Shown here piece after piece: positions 52,739-64,000 of a stretch of DNA of 64,000 bases (the stretch's first letter is position 1; each line of letters starts with the position of its first letter). Source of the DNA: Phoronis australis. Its lineage: Eukaryota; Animalia; Phoronida. The notes below the pieces were generated by a model, which saw nothing but the letters and a program-made list of their open reading frames with translations, did no database searches and was not told the origin of the DNA. Location: assembly GCA_002633005.1 (NCBI GenBank), contig NMRA01000382.1, positions 1-64,000 of the forward strand, in the 5' to 3' direction. The position numbers and the translations under genes were made by a program.

Positions 52739-54888
52739 CTGAAAGACAATTGTAATCCGTGATACCCATTCTAAAAAGTTGTTTATTCAGGTATTTGTTA
52801 TGTAAGAAAACCCAAAGAATCGCATAACGGCCTCGTCTCATGCCGAAGTGAATATTGTGAATACAACCTGAACTAGTCCATTTTCCACCCTGTTGCATTT
52901 AAAACAATGGCAACATCAGTTTTCCTGACTGAGATTTTAACGCGTTAAGATCCCCACGAATATATCCATACTTTGCCATATATGGAAATATAATAACTTT
53001 TAAATAGATAATCTGACTCAAATGAGTTTTCGGACAGTTCGATTTATGCACTGTTCTAAACGACGCAATACGGGATTATTTAAAGGGCTTTTCTATTTTA
53101 CGCCAAGGGCTATTAAACGAACGTTGTTGGTTGTTATCAATTTAGATGTCTTTTTATACAAAAGTAGTGTCAGGTTGCATAGCGCAAAACCGTCCACTGA
53201 AGCAGCAATGTATTTTCAAACCTTTCGATGTAGGCCTAGTATAGAATACATGACAACCGTACAGTTCAAACCCATTATTTGGCGACCCCTATAGAAACGC
53301 TTTTTAACTAAGAAGTTCAAAGCGAGGCTTTGAGCAGAAAATATTGGACGCTGACCGAACGCTGGTCAAAATAACGACAGCTTTTGGGTCTAAAATCGTA
53401 TATTTTCCGTAATTTGGCAACAAAAGGGTCGTCGTTTGCTCAAACACTAGCAAGTTGATCGATGCAAAACTGTTTAGGTAAGGTGAGCCAACGTTGCTTT
53501 CCGTTGATAACTTTTCACCAATATCACCCCATAAATTACGAATCAGTGTTTACGGTTTCGCTGCTCTTATATTGAACTCATTTTTTGTAACATCACCTAA
53601 ATACTAACATTTTTGGCTGTTGTCTGTTTCTTTTCCTCTCAAAAACAGACGATCACGCAGTAGAGGGTGCACTTCTCGCAGAAAATTATTTTGTTTTTAA
53701 TTCACAACACAGGAGAGTTCCTTAGAAACCCGAGCACGATTTCTCGAGTAAACTCGATTTCGAGTCGACTCGAAAATGAACATTAGGAACGCGATTTCGA
53801 GTTCGACTCGACTCAGACAGATTTCGAGTAGAAAATTTCGAGTCTGAGTTCGAGTTCGAGTCTGACATTAGGCACCGGGCCCGGGAAACGTTTTGAGCAC
53901 AGACAACCATGAGGCTTTGGCGTCCAAACACTGATCGTCACTTGGTAAACCATTTAGACCGCAACTCTCTATCTTTTAGTAACCTTGGATCTTTTGGGCA
54001 CTTGAAAACACCTATCGAAGATATGGTACCGGGCACACAGTTATAATCAGCCATAGCGCAACGCCGTACTTTGATAAAAACTTATTCTTCTTGCCAACTG
54101 TACATACAGACACCAACACATGCGCAATTCAATCACCACAAGTACACCAGCTGTGCTGTGAGGAGAACTTGGGGAACAGCCTTAATCTTCCTCTGTCAAT
54201 TTTTGACAACTTTGTCCAACATGTAGAACATTTAAGAACTATTTGTGAGGACATGAACACTAAATACGATCCTAATAACTTTCAATTTCTTGAAGAATAT
54301 CGAAATGACAGAATTAAATACTGGCAGTTCAAATTATTCCATAGGAGATGTGCGACGAAAATACTTTGAAGGAGATGATCTATATTCTGGTATTAGATTG
54401 CATCGTCTGATCTATTCAAACTTTCTAGCCTGCCTTAGCACAACGTTTTGTGCAGGCATCTCTGGTCCACTTTTAGGTGCGACTATGTTCTTGAAATAAT
54501 GAACACATCAATCTTCAAAATCGTTGGTGAGCACCTGGAATGCATTTTTCTCAACTTATTTGCGGATTTATAAAAAAATCAATCAAGGATAATGGGTTAC
54601 TCGGTGACTTCCTATTATGGTCATGCACTACAGTATACCGGAAAGGGCGGTTCACCATGGGGACTGCGATTGGGCAATAACCCCATTTTTTTCAATGCTG
54701 AGCCTCCCACGGTCTATGGGCGTAGCACCACAGGGAGACTTGAGAGATGGAGGGCTATAGCTTTTTTAAGTGCTGCACCGCCTATGACCGCTCAATTCAA
54801 CTCGTGTGTCCACCATTGCTGTATCAGAAGTACAAGCACGTTCATTTCAAATGTTGTGAGACCTGAAGAAAGTTAAAGAAATGATATC

Positions 54889-56869
54889 GGCATTTTTTCA
54901 CTCAGGGTGCACACTTTTGTTTCAGAAGTGACATTTTATAAAGTTTTAATTTCAGCTTTGAGGCTTCTTTTATTGGATTCAACATGAGACAGGGAATATC
55001 AAGTTAAAAGTTTTGGGAAGTATCCTCATATAGTTTTTAAGATTTGGCCTGTTGCAATAACAAAAATAAGAAATGTGGGCTTTGGAGAAAACACCATTGG
55101 TATCGTTATATCCATTTTGGAAAAGACATAAATCTGGCTTAGGAACAAGAAACGTTATTACGCTGGTAACTCATGTACTTGATCACTGAACATCCATATA
55201 AAAACTAGGCTCACACCTGTGTATGCTTCACAAGGTGTGAGTATACAAATAAAACATAGCAATTGTACTTAATCCTTAGACATACTTAGTACTTAACTAT
55301 CATCAGAGTCACATCATTGCCAAAAGGAATGCCTAATTCCATGGACTTCTATCAAAGAATTACAAGAAAACACTTTTCATTATCAGTAAACACTGTTTGC
55401 ACAAATACATTTCACATAACATAAAGGTCAGTGGGGTGCTACGGAGAATACAAAATGCGACGGTAACTATTTGTGGGAAGAAAAATACTAGAGCAATGCA
55501 AATATTTTATTTATTTGTCAATACTACTACTTCTGAATTACAAAAAACCGTTTTGCTCAGAAAAAGGGAGATAATTCCGTGTCAATTTTCTTCACACTTG
55601 TTTAAATAAAACATTATGAAATTAAATTTTTGTCCTAGGACATACTCAGGTTTTAGCTATCATTACAGTCACGTCACCATCAATGGGGTGACTATTTACA
55701 TCAACTACCCTCAAAAAATGCAGGAAAGGTTTTTGCATCATCAGGAAACATTGAATGCATAAATCTCACATAACACAGAGGTCATGGAGTGGTGCTACGG
55801 AGAATACGAAATATGCAGATACCTGTTCATAAGTGGATGAACACTTGAGCAATGCAATATATTTCATTTACTTCTTAATGCCAACACTTCTAAATGACCA
55901 AAGAACATTCATGTTTTATTAATAACGAGTTTAAACTGAAAAGGTAATTTTAGGTAAACATGCCTTAAATCCCACCCATAAATAATTTTATTTATTTTTT
56001 TCTTGTCTTGGAGAGTTTCTTTGTTTCCATTTCCTCAATACATGCACATAGATACATGTTTTTTTTCAAACCATGTACTAACAATTCAAAGTTGGGGCTA
56101 CGGAGAATACAGGGGCTACGGAGAATACAAAAGACATTTTTGCTCATGACCAATTCAAATCCAGGTCTAGGTCTACTCTTTTTGTGGGCCAAAAATAGCT
56201 TCAAGATTCCCAATGTGCAGTATCAAATATCTATTATTTATGGAAGAATTTAATGGAATTCAGACACTGCTACGGAGAATGCACGGTTTTTCCTAGGTGA
56301 CTGTGATATTATTTAGTCGAGAAATCCAATCACTAGGACATCTGGTGCAAATATGTGGTTTCTAAATCAAATTCTATATACTGTCAACCATTAAAAAAAC
56401 AGTTCAAAACACTAGTAATGCTTTTATTTTTAAACATGGCTGTAAGAGAAGGAGCATATGCAAATTTACGTGTTTTGCATAACATCGACGTCATTTTGCA
56501 ATTGTGCCTGAAAATTGTATTTGATTTTTCAGATCCCTGCAATTTCCTGAAGAAAAACAAGAAATACATGTTAGGATCATGAAAAAACGTAAAATTTCAA
56601 TTAAATGTGTTATTTAATTAAATGCCATGTGTATTAAAAACATGCAATATTTCAGTGAAAAAATATAACGACGGATTTGTGGCTATTTTCAGCTATATTA
56701 AGGATTACTCTGGCCTTAATTAACATTTTTCATACTTTAAAATGCATAAATGTCATAAGTACCAGTGCTAAAACAAGGTCATCATACAAATATCTGCCAA
56801 AGAATTCTGTCAATATCATTGCGTAACACTAAAAAAAATCTAAATTTGCACCCTGAATGAAAAAATGCC
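54889..56869. mobile_element. ~2 kb non-autonomous TIR element with internal repeats
   Basis: GGCATTTTTTCACTCAGGGTGCA versus the right reverse complement GGCATTTTTTCATTCAGGGTGCA. GCTACGGAGAAT occurs at 55438, 55794, 56097, 56115 and 56269. Internal ~355 bp duplication. Confidence 0.75.
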
Positions 56870-56999
56870 TCGTGAATACCGTGCAAAATTACATAGGGTG
56901 GCATTTGCTCAAAACAGAAAAATGAATTTTAAAATCTATGTTACCATCACGTGCTGTGTGGGGAAATGTAATCTTCTTCTTATTCCTTCGATGCTTTAG

Positions 57000-57314
57000 C
57001 AGTGGACGTAACGTGTTTGAAGGATCAACGTGGCCTAAACTACAGAGGGAGGGTATCAGTTTCTGCACTGTTCCAACAGCCGTGCATGCAGTGGTCTCGT
57101 ATAATTGCGTCACTCAAGACAGAAGCGTCCTACCAGAGCGTCAGATTTCTTCGTAACTGGGTCAACGGCTACGACAAGATGAATCCACGGGATAGAAATA
57201 CCACGTATTGCAGAAACATCGATAACGACGAAAATGGACCGTGGTGCTTTGTAAAATCTCGATCTCATGGCTGGTCCAAGGCGCATTGTTACATACCAAT
57301 ATGTCCCAGTCGTG
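57000..57314 (+). CDS. Kringle-domain exon (phase 1-1) of the host gene
   Basis: TAG/CAG tandem acceptor and G|GTAATA donor. Open frame CLKDQRGLNYRG...PCMQW...YCRNIDNDENGPWCF...HCYIPIC has all six kringle cysteines. Confidence 0.85.
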
Positions 57315-57869
57315 GTAATATTTGTGTTTGTAACAACCAAATCAGTGTGTTAGGTTATTAGTTACCTAAGAACTACGAAACGTAGAAATCTTGCTGTTCT
57401 TGGACCTTACAACCTCATAAACATACTTTTAGCCTTCTTTGTTTTACGACACTGAGCCTAGTTGAAAATGCCAACCTCGACGCAGTAATGAGTGAACTAA
57501 CCATAGCCGAACTTGTTTTGTACCCTTAAAACTATTCTTACTCAGAAAATATTCAGTGACTTTCAATAGTTAGTTATGGAATTCCTCGTTCATTTGTTTC
57601 AGATGTGTTCCTGCTGTTTCAATAACTGGTGTGATAGTCAACTTTTATTTTTCAGTGAAAGAGTCAACAACAACCGGTGAGTATAGCTTGGAGTTCCTTT
57701 TGCCCCACGTTGCAGACGACTGGTGATTTTGAAATCTTAATTATGATATGTTTAGGCAATGTTATTGGCAAAACGAGAGAGAACTTTGCAAGCATATTAG
57801 CTGCAGCCTGAAAGGCCGTCAGGCTCCTGCTTGCGTTTCCGCCCATTTCCCTTTAAAAATGATTTTACA

Positions 57870-58450
57870 GTAAAAGGCCACACGTCTTTAGAAATGCCTC
57901 CAGCACATCTATGGTGGAGAATTCAAGGTGGCTACACTTAGGTTGGTAATGACCGAGTCTGATTCAAAAGGTGCGAAGTTTCAACAAGCGGACGTATTGA
58001 CACGAACACGAAGGAAGTGGTGAGCGATCTGGTCAGGAAGATGCAGATGACATACTCACAATCTAGAGACACTTTTGGAAATACAGGTTTTGACTGCAGT
58101 TTGGACTTAGGTGCTCAGATAGCGGAGATTACCCAGGATAAGGAGTGTAGAAAGCGATTCAGGAGGAGGGAGATTGTCAAAAGAAAGAGTGCATCAATGC
58201 AGATCTATGGACCAGTGCAAGAAGCTGCCTGGAAAAGATGGAACCTGTTAAACTTAGAAGGTGCTTGGTACTACGTATGTAGCATGGAGCACATTTCTAT
58301 TATAACCCCGAAGAGGCTGGTCTACGGTTTACGAATGATACCATGTCAGTGAAGAATTAACGTAGATTCAAATAGCAGCTACGAGGTGGGAACGGAAAAC
58401 TTACAAACGTTTTGTAGAGATGCAAGGCTACTTTGCAGAAAAGCTGGTAA
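57870..58450 (+). mobile_element. HERO/NeSL-type non-LTR retrotransposon C-terminal relic
   Basis: EFKVATLRLVMTESDSK...TRTRRKW, GLG, QEAAWKRW, STVYE, GKLTNVL.RCKATL match the HERO pattern EEFKV...RL.M.L.DS.D...RTGRKW...GLG...QG.W..W...SVYD...TL.HIL..C. Confidence 0.65.
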
Positions 58451-58544
58451 AGAAGGAAGCTCGGTCAGGTGTTAAAAAGTCCTTAGTTGGTGTACAGCAC
58501 CATGACATGAAGAAAAAAATTGCGCTTTCAAAACGATATATGTA

Positions 58545-59177
58545 CAGCACACATCACGAATTTTTGGCCGACCGGTCGGAAATTGGTCGACGACCGGCCG
58601 TCGACCGGTCGTCTAGCCGACCACCAGCCGACCAACAACGGTCGGCTAGGAGCCGTCTGCTTAGTCGCCTCTGTGGTCGGCACTTGGGTCGGCTAATTGG
58701 TCGCCTAGCGTAGACGACCAATTCGGATTAAGCGTGTCCTTGGTCGGCAATTAGCATTTTATGACTTANNNNNNNNNNNNNNNNNNNNNNNNNNNNNNNN
58801 NNNNNNNNNNNNNNNNNNNNNNNNNNNNNNNNNNNNNNNNNNNNNNNNNNNNNNNNNNNNNNNNNNNNNNNNNNNNNNNNNNNNNNNNNNNNNNNNNNNN
58901 NNNNNNNNNNNNNNNNNNNNNNNNNNNNNNNNNNNNNNNNNNNNNNNNNNNNNNNNNNNNNNNNNNNNNNNNNNNNNNNNNNNNNNNNNNNNNNNNNNNN
59001 NGGTCGGCTAAAGGGTCGGCTGAAGGGTCGGCTGTGGGGTCGCCTTATGAGTCGGCACTGCGGGCGGCTGCCGGTCGGCTAATTTTTAGCCGACCGGTCG
59101 GCTAATTTGCCGACCGGTCGACGGCCGGTCGTCGACCAATTTCCGACCGGTCGGCCAAAAATTCGTGATGTGTGCTG
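58545..59177. mobile_element. Young GC-rich TIR element spanning an assembly gap; TA-flanked CAG termini
   Basis: About 65 bp perfect inverted repeat CAGCACACATCACGAATTTTTGGCCGACCGGTCGG..., with TA on both flanks and many GGTCGG/CCGACC subterminal repeats. True length is unknown. Confidence 0.8.
58769..59001. other. Assembly gap (N run)
   Basis: Run of N. Confidence 0.98.
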
Positions 59178-60279
59178 TAAGTTTTGTCTCCGCGAGACAA
59201 AAGTGTCAACTCGGTGGTTTGCAAGATATTCCTACAGTACAGCCACTGAATTATTACACTTCGTCCGGCTAGGCGTGTCAATAATCGGAGACAGACGGGA
59301 GTTTAAGGCGTGAACGAAGAGTGAGCAAGCCATGAGCGAGCCGTGAGCGAGACGTGGGCAGGGCAGGAGTATCTCTTCCTTCACCACAGTCGCGACAATA
59401 ATAATTGTTATCCTCACTAGTTTATCATGACAGAGTACGGTATCGTATTTCTAGTGACATTTCCTCTGTAGCCTTGAGTACTTACAGAAATGAACAAAAG
59501 GGAGTGTGCGAGGCATACACCAGAGGCTGATATATTACTACACCAGTTTTCAAATAAAAATAGAAACATTGATTTGGAACACAATTAAGTGGAAATCTTA
59601 GATGAAGGCTACGGAATTATATCGGTGAAATTTAGGCCAGTGTCATGAAATCGTCGGGTGAATATTTACACCAATTGTGGTTATCATTTAAAGCATTATC
59701 TCCAGCACTAATGAGGTTCCGCATAATCAAGACTTCAGTGCAGAATATTCGCTTTGAAATTTGCTGTCTGAGGACATTTTATTAAAAGAAGGTTACCGAG
59801 TCTTACCGATCATTTGACGACGTGTCATTTATAAATTACCTTATTTTTGTTTTGAAATTGATACAGTTTCGTGATAAACCTGTTTTTGGAAGAGCAATGT
59901 TATATTGCAGCACGTTTCGAGAATTTTTCTACGTGTATCTGAAAACACATAACGAGTGCCGGTGTCACAATTTCTAAAATTAAATTGCATCTAAGTCCAA
60001 AACGCAAAAGTTTTGAAATGCTTCCGCCAACGTTTGCAGATTTTCTTAAACAACGGCTCTTGAACTTTTAACACACCATGGAAAGTCTTATATCTACTAT
60101 TTCGATAGTTGATTTCCCCAGGTATATGTTTCAGTTAATTATAGCTTCTGTAATTTACTTATTTATTTCATGCCCTATTTCGGAATTACGTTTTGAGGGT
60201 CAGGATTTACTGGCATTTTTGTATCTGGGTTTGAATTAACAGTGAGCATATATTCTTGAGTTGTTTCCGTGCTGGTTTC

Positions 60280-60492
60280 CTAAAATATTTGTCCCCACTT
60301 CGCATCGATGAGTATGATACGAAAAGCTAGGCTGTTACAGAACTCATTGACAACTTGACAGATGATCATTTGTGTTTTCACAAACTGAATGGTGTTCAAC
60401 TGAACATCATGCCGTTGGACATGGTAAAGCGGGGCTTGGTCATTCCTCAGACGATGGAACAAATGTTCCACTTGCCCGTGTGTCCCGTAAAG
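60280..60492 (+). pseudogene. Possible decayed second kringle exon
   Basis: Across frameshifts: NIC...LTT*QM, LN.CR, GAWSF, RWNKC, LPVCP. Confidence 0.25.
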
Positions 60493-60727
60493 CAGTCCTA
60501 CTGGATCGTGACATGAACACCTGAGCAGCTTACATTCCGACGTAAAATTCTATTGTCGCATAAATGGCACATTCTGAATAGCTCCTGTACTTTAATCAAG
60601 TCTAAGAGACTATCCGGGTGATTTAAGGTGAGAGCATGTGTAGGAGTAAGCCTACTTCAGAGGTTTAAGTAGTATGTAATACACCCCAACATGACGAATT
60701 GTAGTAAACATCCTTTACAGTATATCC

Positions 60728-63700
60728 CATGACGAAAGTTCGCCTGGTATCAGATTGTTCAAGCCCTTATCAGAAGCAATATCTAATTGCAATAAACACA
60801 GGCTAATTGCTGACCGGCACATCAGACCCATACGGAAAACCACAACTGACTGGATGGAACTACTTTCCAAGACCAGCTGCATTGAATAAATAATTTGAGG
60901 GATAAGAGTCAGACTGACACGCAGTTTATAGCAATGGCAAGCTTTCTTTGGTAACGTGAGCAACAGGAAATATATAGCTGAACCAGTGAGACAACTGAAG
61001 ACCCGAAATACATATTTTAACAATACACTCAGAATCTCATTTTTTACGCAAATGTTAATCAAAGCATTGTCCTACGTTAAATAAGAAGCTTCAAAACTTA
61101 CAGATCAAACAAGAACCCAGGAAGGTCCAAGAGATAACAATGAATTCAAGTACCACTTGTAGCTCTACTGCAGAGGCTGGTCTACGGGGAGGGTTTAAAT
61201 GGGACACGATTAAAAATATAAAAAAATAAAACTGTTGCCAGGAAAACGAAATCGGATATAAAAACAAGAAAACTTACACAGGTGGGGAGAAACACACTCC
61301 CGACCTTCCCTCGGCTCGGCGCTACGCGCCTCGATTTCGCGCAAATTCTAACCCCCCGCCACATGTAAGCCTACTAAAAACTTAGATCTGCCACTACTCA
61401 CTACCAACTAAGCTTATTTAAAATAAAAAACAAACATTTTTCTTCATCACAACCTGTTTATTCAAGAATGACTAACAAACATCTAATGAGAGACAATTAG
61501 AATCAAAGTTGCTGGAACTGAACACATTGTCAAACTTTAACATCCAGCAGACCTGCTGAGAATAATTAAAACAACATGGATCCAGAGTTACAATAATCAT
61601 TCATTTACAAGTGTAGTGGTGTAGAAATGAAGATAACAAGGTGATTTAGAAGTAGTAACCACATACAAACGCACATAAACCGGTGTATACACAGATATCA
61701 GTTTTAGGACAATCAATGGATGTTCAGCAGGCCACATGAATATCGAAATTATTTATAAATTTTCACTTGGTTTACTAAACAAGCATATTCATTCACTGAA
61801 TAAATTTTTAGCAGTTACATCTATAAGAATATTTCCAACCACACGAAGTTAACAACGGTATTTTTCCTAACGTGTAAATGCTTTTAAAAAACTTTATAAA
61901 AGAAAGTGTCCATAGTATAGCAAACATATAAAGGAAATGTGTTTGTCTTAGAGCAGTCAAATTCTGCTCATATTTGATTTAAATCTGATTTGGGTCCCCG
62001 AAAGCGAGTACAGAGACATATGCTGGGAACACGACAACACCAATCACCACAGCTGGATATTGTAAGCTCCGATGTTTCTGTTTAGGTAACAGTCATATTT
62101 TTTTCATTCTGTTGTATTTTAACCGAAATCACTCCTTCGAAGTCATACAGAAAGTAGCTACCGCTTTTTCTGCCACATGCGTTAATGACCATCTGTTCCC
62201 TTGCAATGTTTTATGAATGAACCACAGGTCAGCATGTTTACTACAGAAAAAACAAAACATCGTGTGAATACTGGAAGGGGCATAGAAAGCTGGTCATATA
62301 AACCTAAACAAGTTGACCCAGAAAATTACCGTCTGAATTCTGTTAGCTAAAGAGTACTTAGCAGTAATTTTAAAATGAACATGGATTTCATGACAACATT
62401 CAACAAAAAACAACTTAGTAACATCAACGATAATTTGAAAAACGCTATCCCTGGCAGTGACATATGACCGAGGGACTTTAGAGTGATGACACGAAGATTA
62501 ATGGACCAAAAACAAAGTCAAACAAATTAAAAGTTATTACAACGTTACACGGTTGTACTGCACAAGTTAGACGTTAACATGACGAAAGTTCGCCTGGTCT
62601 CAGAATTTTCAGGCCCTTATCACAAACAATATCTAACTACAATAAACACCAGGCTAATTGCTGACAGACACATCAGACCCATACTGAAAACCACAACTGA
62701 CTGCAATGGGACTACTTTCCAAGAGTTGCATTGAATAAACAATTTGAGGGATATGGCTCAAACTGACACACAGTTTATAGCAATGGCAAAATTTCTGTGG
62801 TAACGTGAACAGCAGCTAGAAATTATATAGCTGAACCAGTGAGACAACTGAAGACCCGAAATACCTATTTTAACAATACACTCAGAATCTCAGTATTTTT
62901 ATGCAGATGTTAATCAAAGCATTGTCCTACGTAAACGAAGAAACTTCAAAATCTACAGATAAAACCAGAACCCAGTAAGGTCCAAGAAATAACAATGAAT
63001 TCAAGTACCACTTGTAGTTGTACTGCGGAGGCGGATCTACGGGGAGGGGGTTCATGGGGTTCAACCCTCCCCCAGGGACACGATTAAAAATAAAAAAAAT
63101 AAAAAAGCAGTTTCCAAGAAAACGAAATCAGATATTAAAAAACAAAAATAATCTCACACGGGTGGGGAGAAACACCCTCCCGACCTTCCCTCTGCTCGGT
63201 GCTACGCGCCTCAAATTCACGCAAATCCTACCCCCCACCCCCCCTCCCCCCCTTACTAAAAACGTAGATCTGCTACTGCTCATTACCAACTAAGCTTATG
63301 TAAAATCATAAAGACAAATATTTTTCTTCATCACAACCTGTTTATTCAATAAAGACTGACAAACATCTAATGAGAGACAATTAGAATCAAAGTTGCTTGA
63401 ACTGAACACGTTGTCAAACTTTAACATCCAGCAGACCTGCTGAGAATAATTAAAAACAACATGGATCCAGAAAAACAATAATCATTCATTCACCGATGAC
63501 AGAAGTATAGTGGTGCAGAAACCAACATAACAAGGTGATTTAGTGTAGGAACCACATACAAACACTTGTAAACTGGTGTATACACAGATATCACTTTTAG
63601 GACAATCAATGAATGTTCAGCAGGCCACATGAATATCGGATTTATTTATAAATTTTCACTTGGTTTACTAAACAAGTACATTCATTCATTGAATGAATTT

Positions 63701-64000
63701 TTAGCAGTTACATTATAAGAATATTTTCAACCACACGAAGTTGACAACGATATTTTAAAACAAAATGTCCATAGTATCGCACACATAAAGGAATGTGTTT
63801 GCCTTCGAGCAGTCAAATTCTGCGCATATTTACTTTAAGTCTGATTTGGGTCCCCGAAAGCTAGTACATAGAAATATGCTGGGAACAAGACAGCACCAAT
63901 CACCACAGCTGGTGATTATAAGCTCCGATGTTCCTGCTTTTCATTCTGTTGTATTTTAACCGATATCACTGCTGCGAAGTCATACAGAAAGTAGCTACCA
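60728..64000 (+). repeat. Tandem duplication, 1850 bp period (60728-62162 aligns with 62578-64000; runs off the window)
   Basis: Colinear from CATGACGAAAGTTCGCCTGGT to GAAAGTAGCTACC, with scattered substitutions and indels. Both copies contain the same MITE. Confidence 0.92.

Larger units (their letters stand above)
35660..53881. mobile_element. ~18.2 kb PIF/Harbinger transposon with nested insertions
   Basis: Left CGCCCGTTGACTAAAGTCAGACTCGAACTCGAACT versus the right reverse complement GGCCCGGTGCCTAATGTCAGACTCGAACTCGAACT. Flanks CAG/CGG fit a 3-bp TSD with one mismatch. CTCGA subterminal repeats at both ends. Encloses convergent transposase and Myb/SANT genes. Confidence 0.85.

Noticed and set aside
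58420-59313. Arg-rich ORFs around the second gap
   Set aside because: Products of GC-rich TIR repeats and N runs.
60360-60440. Fibronectin type II motif (WCSTEHH)
   Set aside because: The other FN2 cysteines and the C.FPF motif are missing; a decayed kringle reading fits slightly better, and both are weak.

Overview
AT-rich eukaryotic genomic DNA with two assembly gaps. It most likely comes from an invertebrate animal (inference from the transposon families and intron structure). No rRNA, intact tRNA gene, CRISPR array or prokaryotic operon was seen, and most ORF-track entries are noise or transposon debris. One host gene is supported on the + strand: several WSC-domain exons (about 22.9-34.3 kb), an intact kringle exon (57.0-57.3 kb) and possibly a decayed second kringle. 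The rest is nested mobile DNA. The largest structure is an ~18.2 kb PIF/Harbinger transposon (35660-53881) inside the WSC-kringle intron. It has matching TIRs, a 4-exon DDE transposase on +, a convergent spliced Myb/SANT gene on -, and nested passengers: Helentron-like arrays with CTCF-like motifs, a Sola3-like transposase relic and hAT MITEs. Also present are two tandem 1.7 kb Kolobok-like elements with overlapping antisense THAP and KolX-like exons, a 5.1 kb CCC-terminal element with a palindrome array, relics of DIRS, Gypsy, L1/Tx1, CR1, Penelope and HERO, and a 1.85 kb tandem duplication at the right end. All family assignments come from reading motifs by eye; no database search was run.
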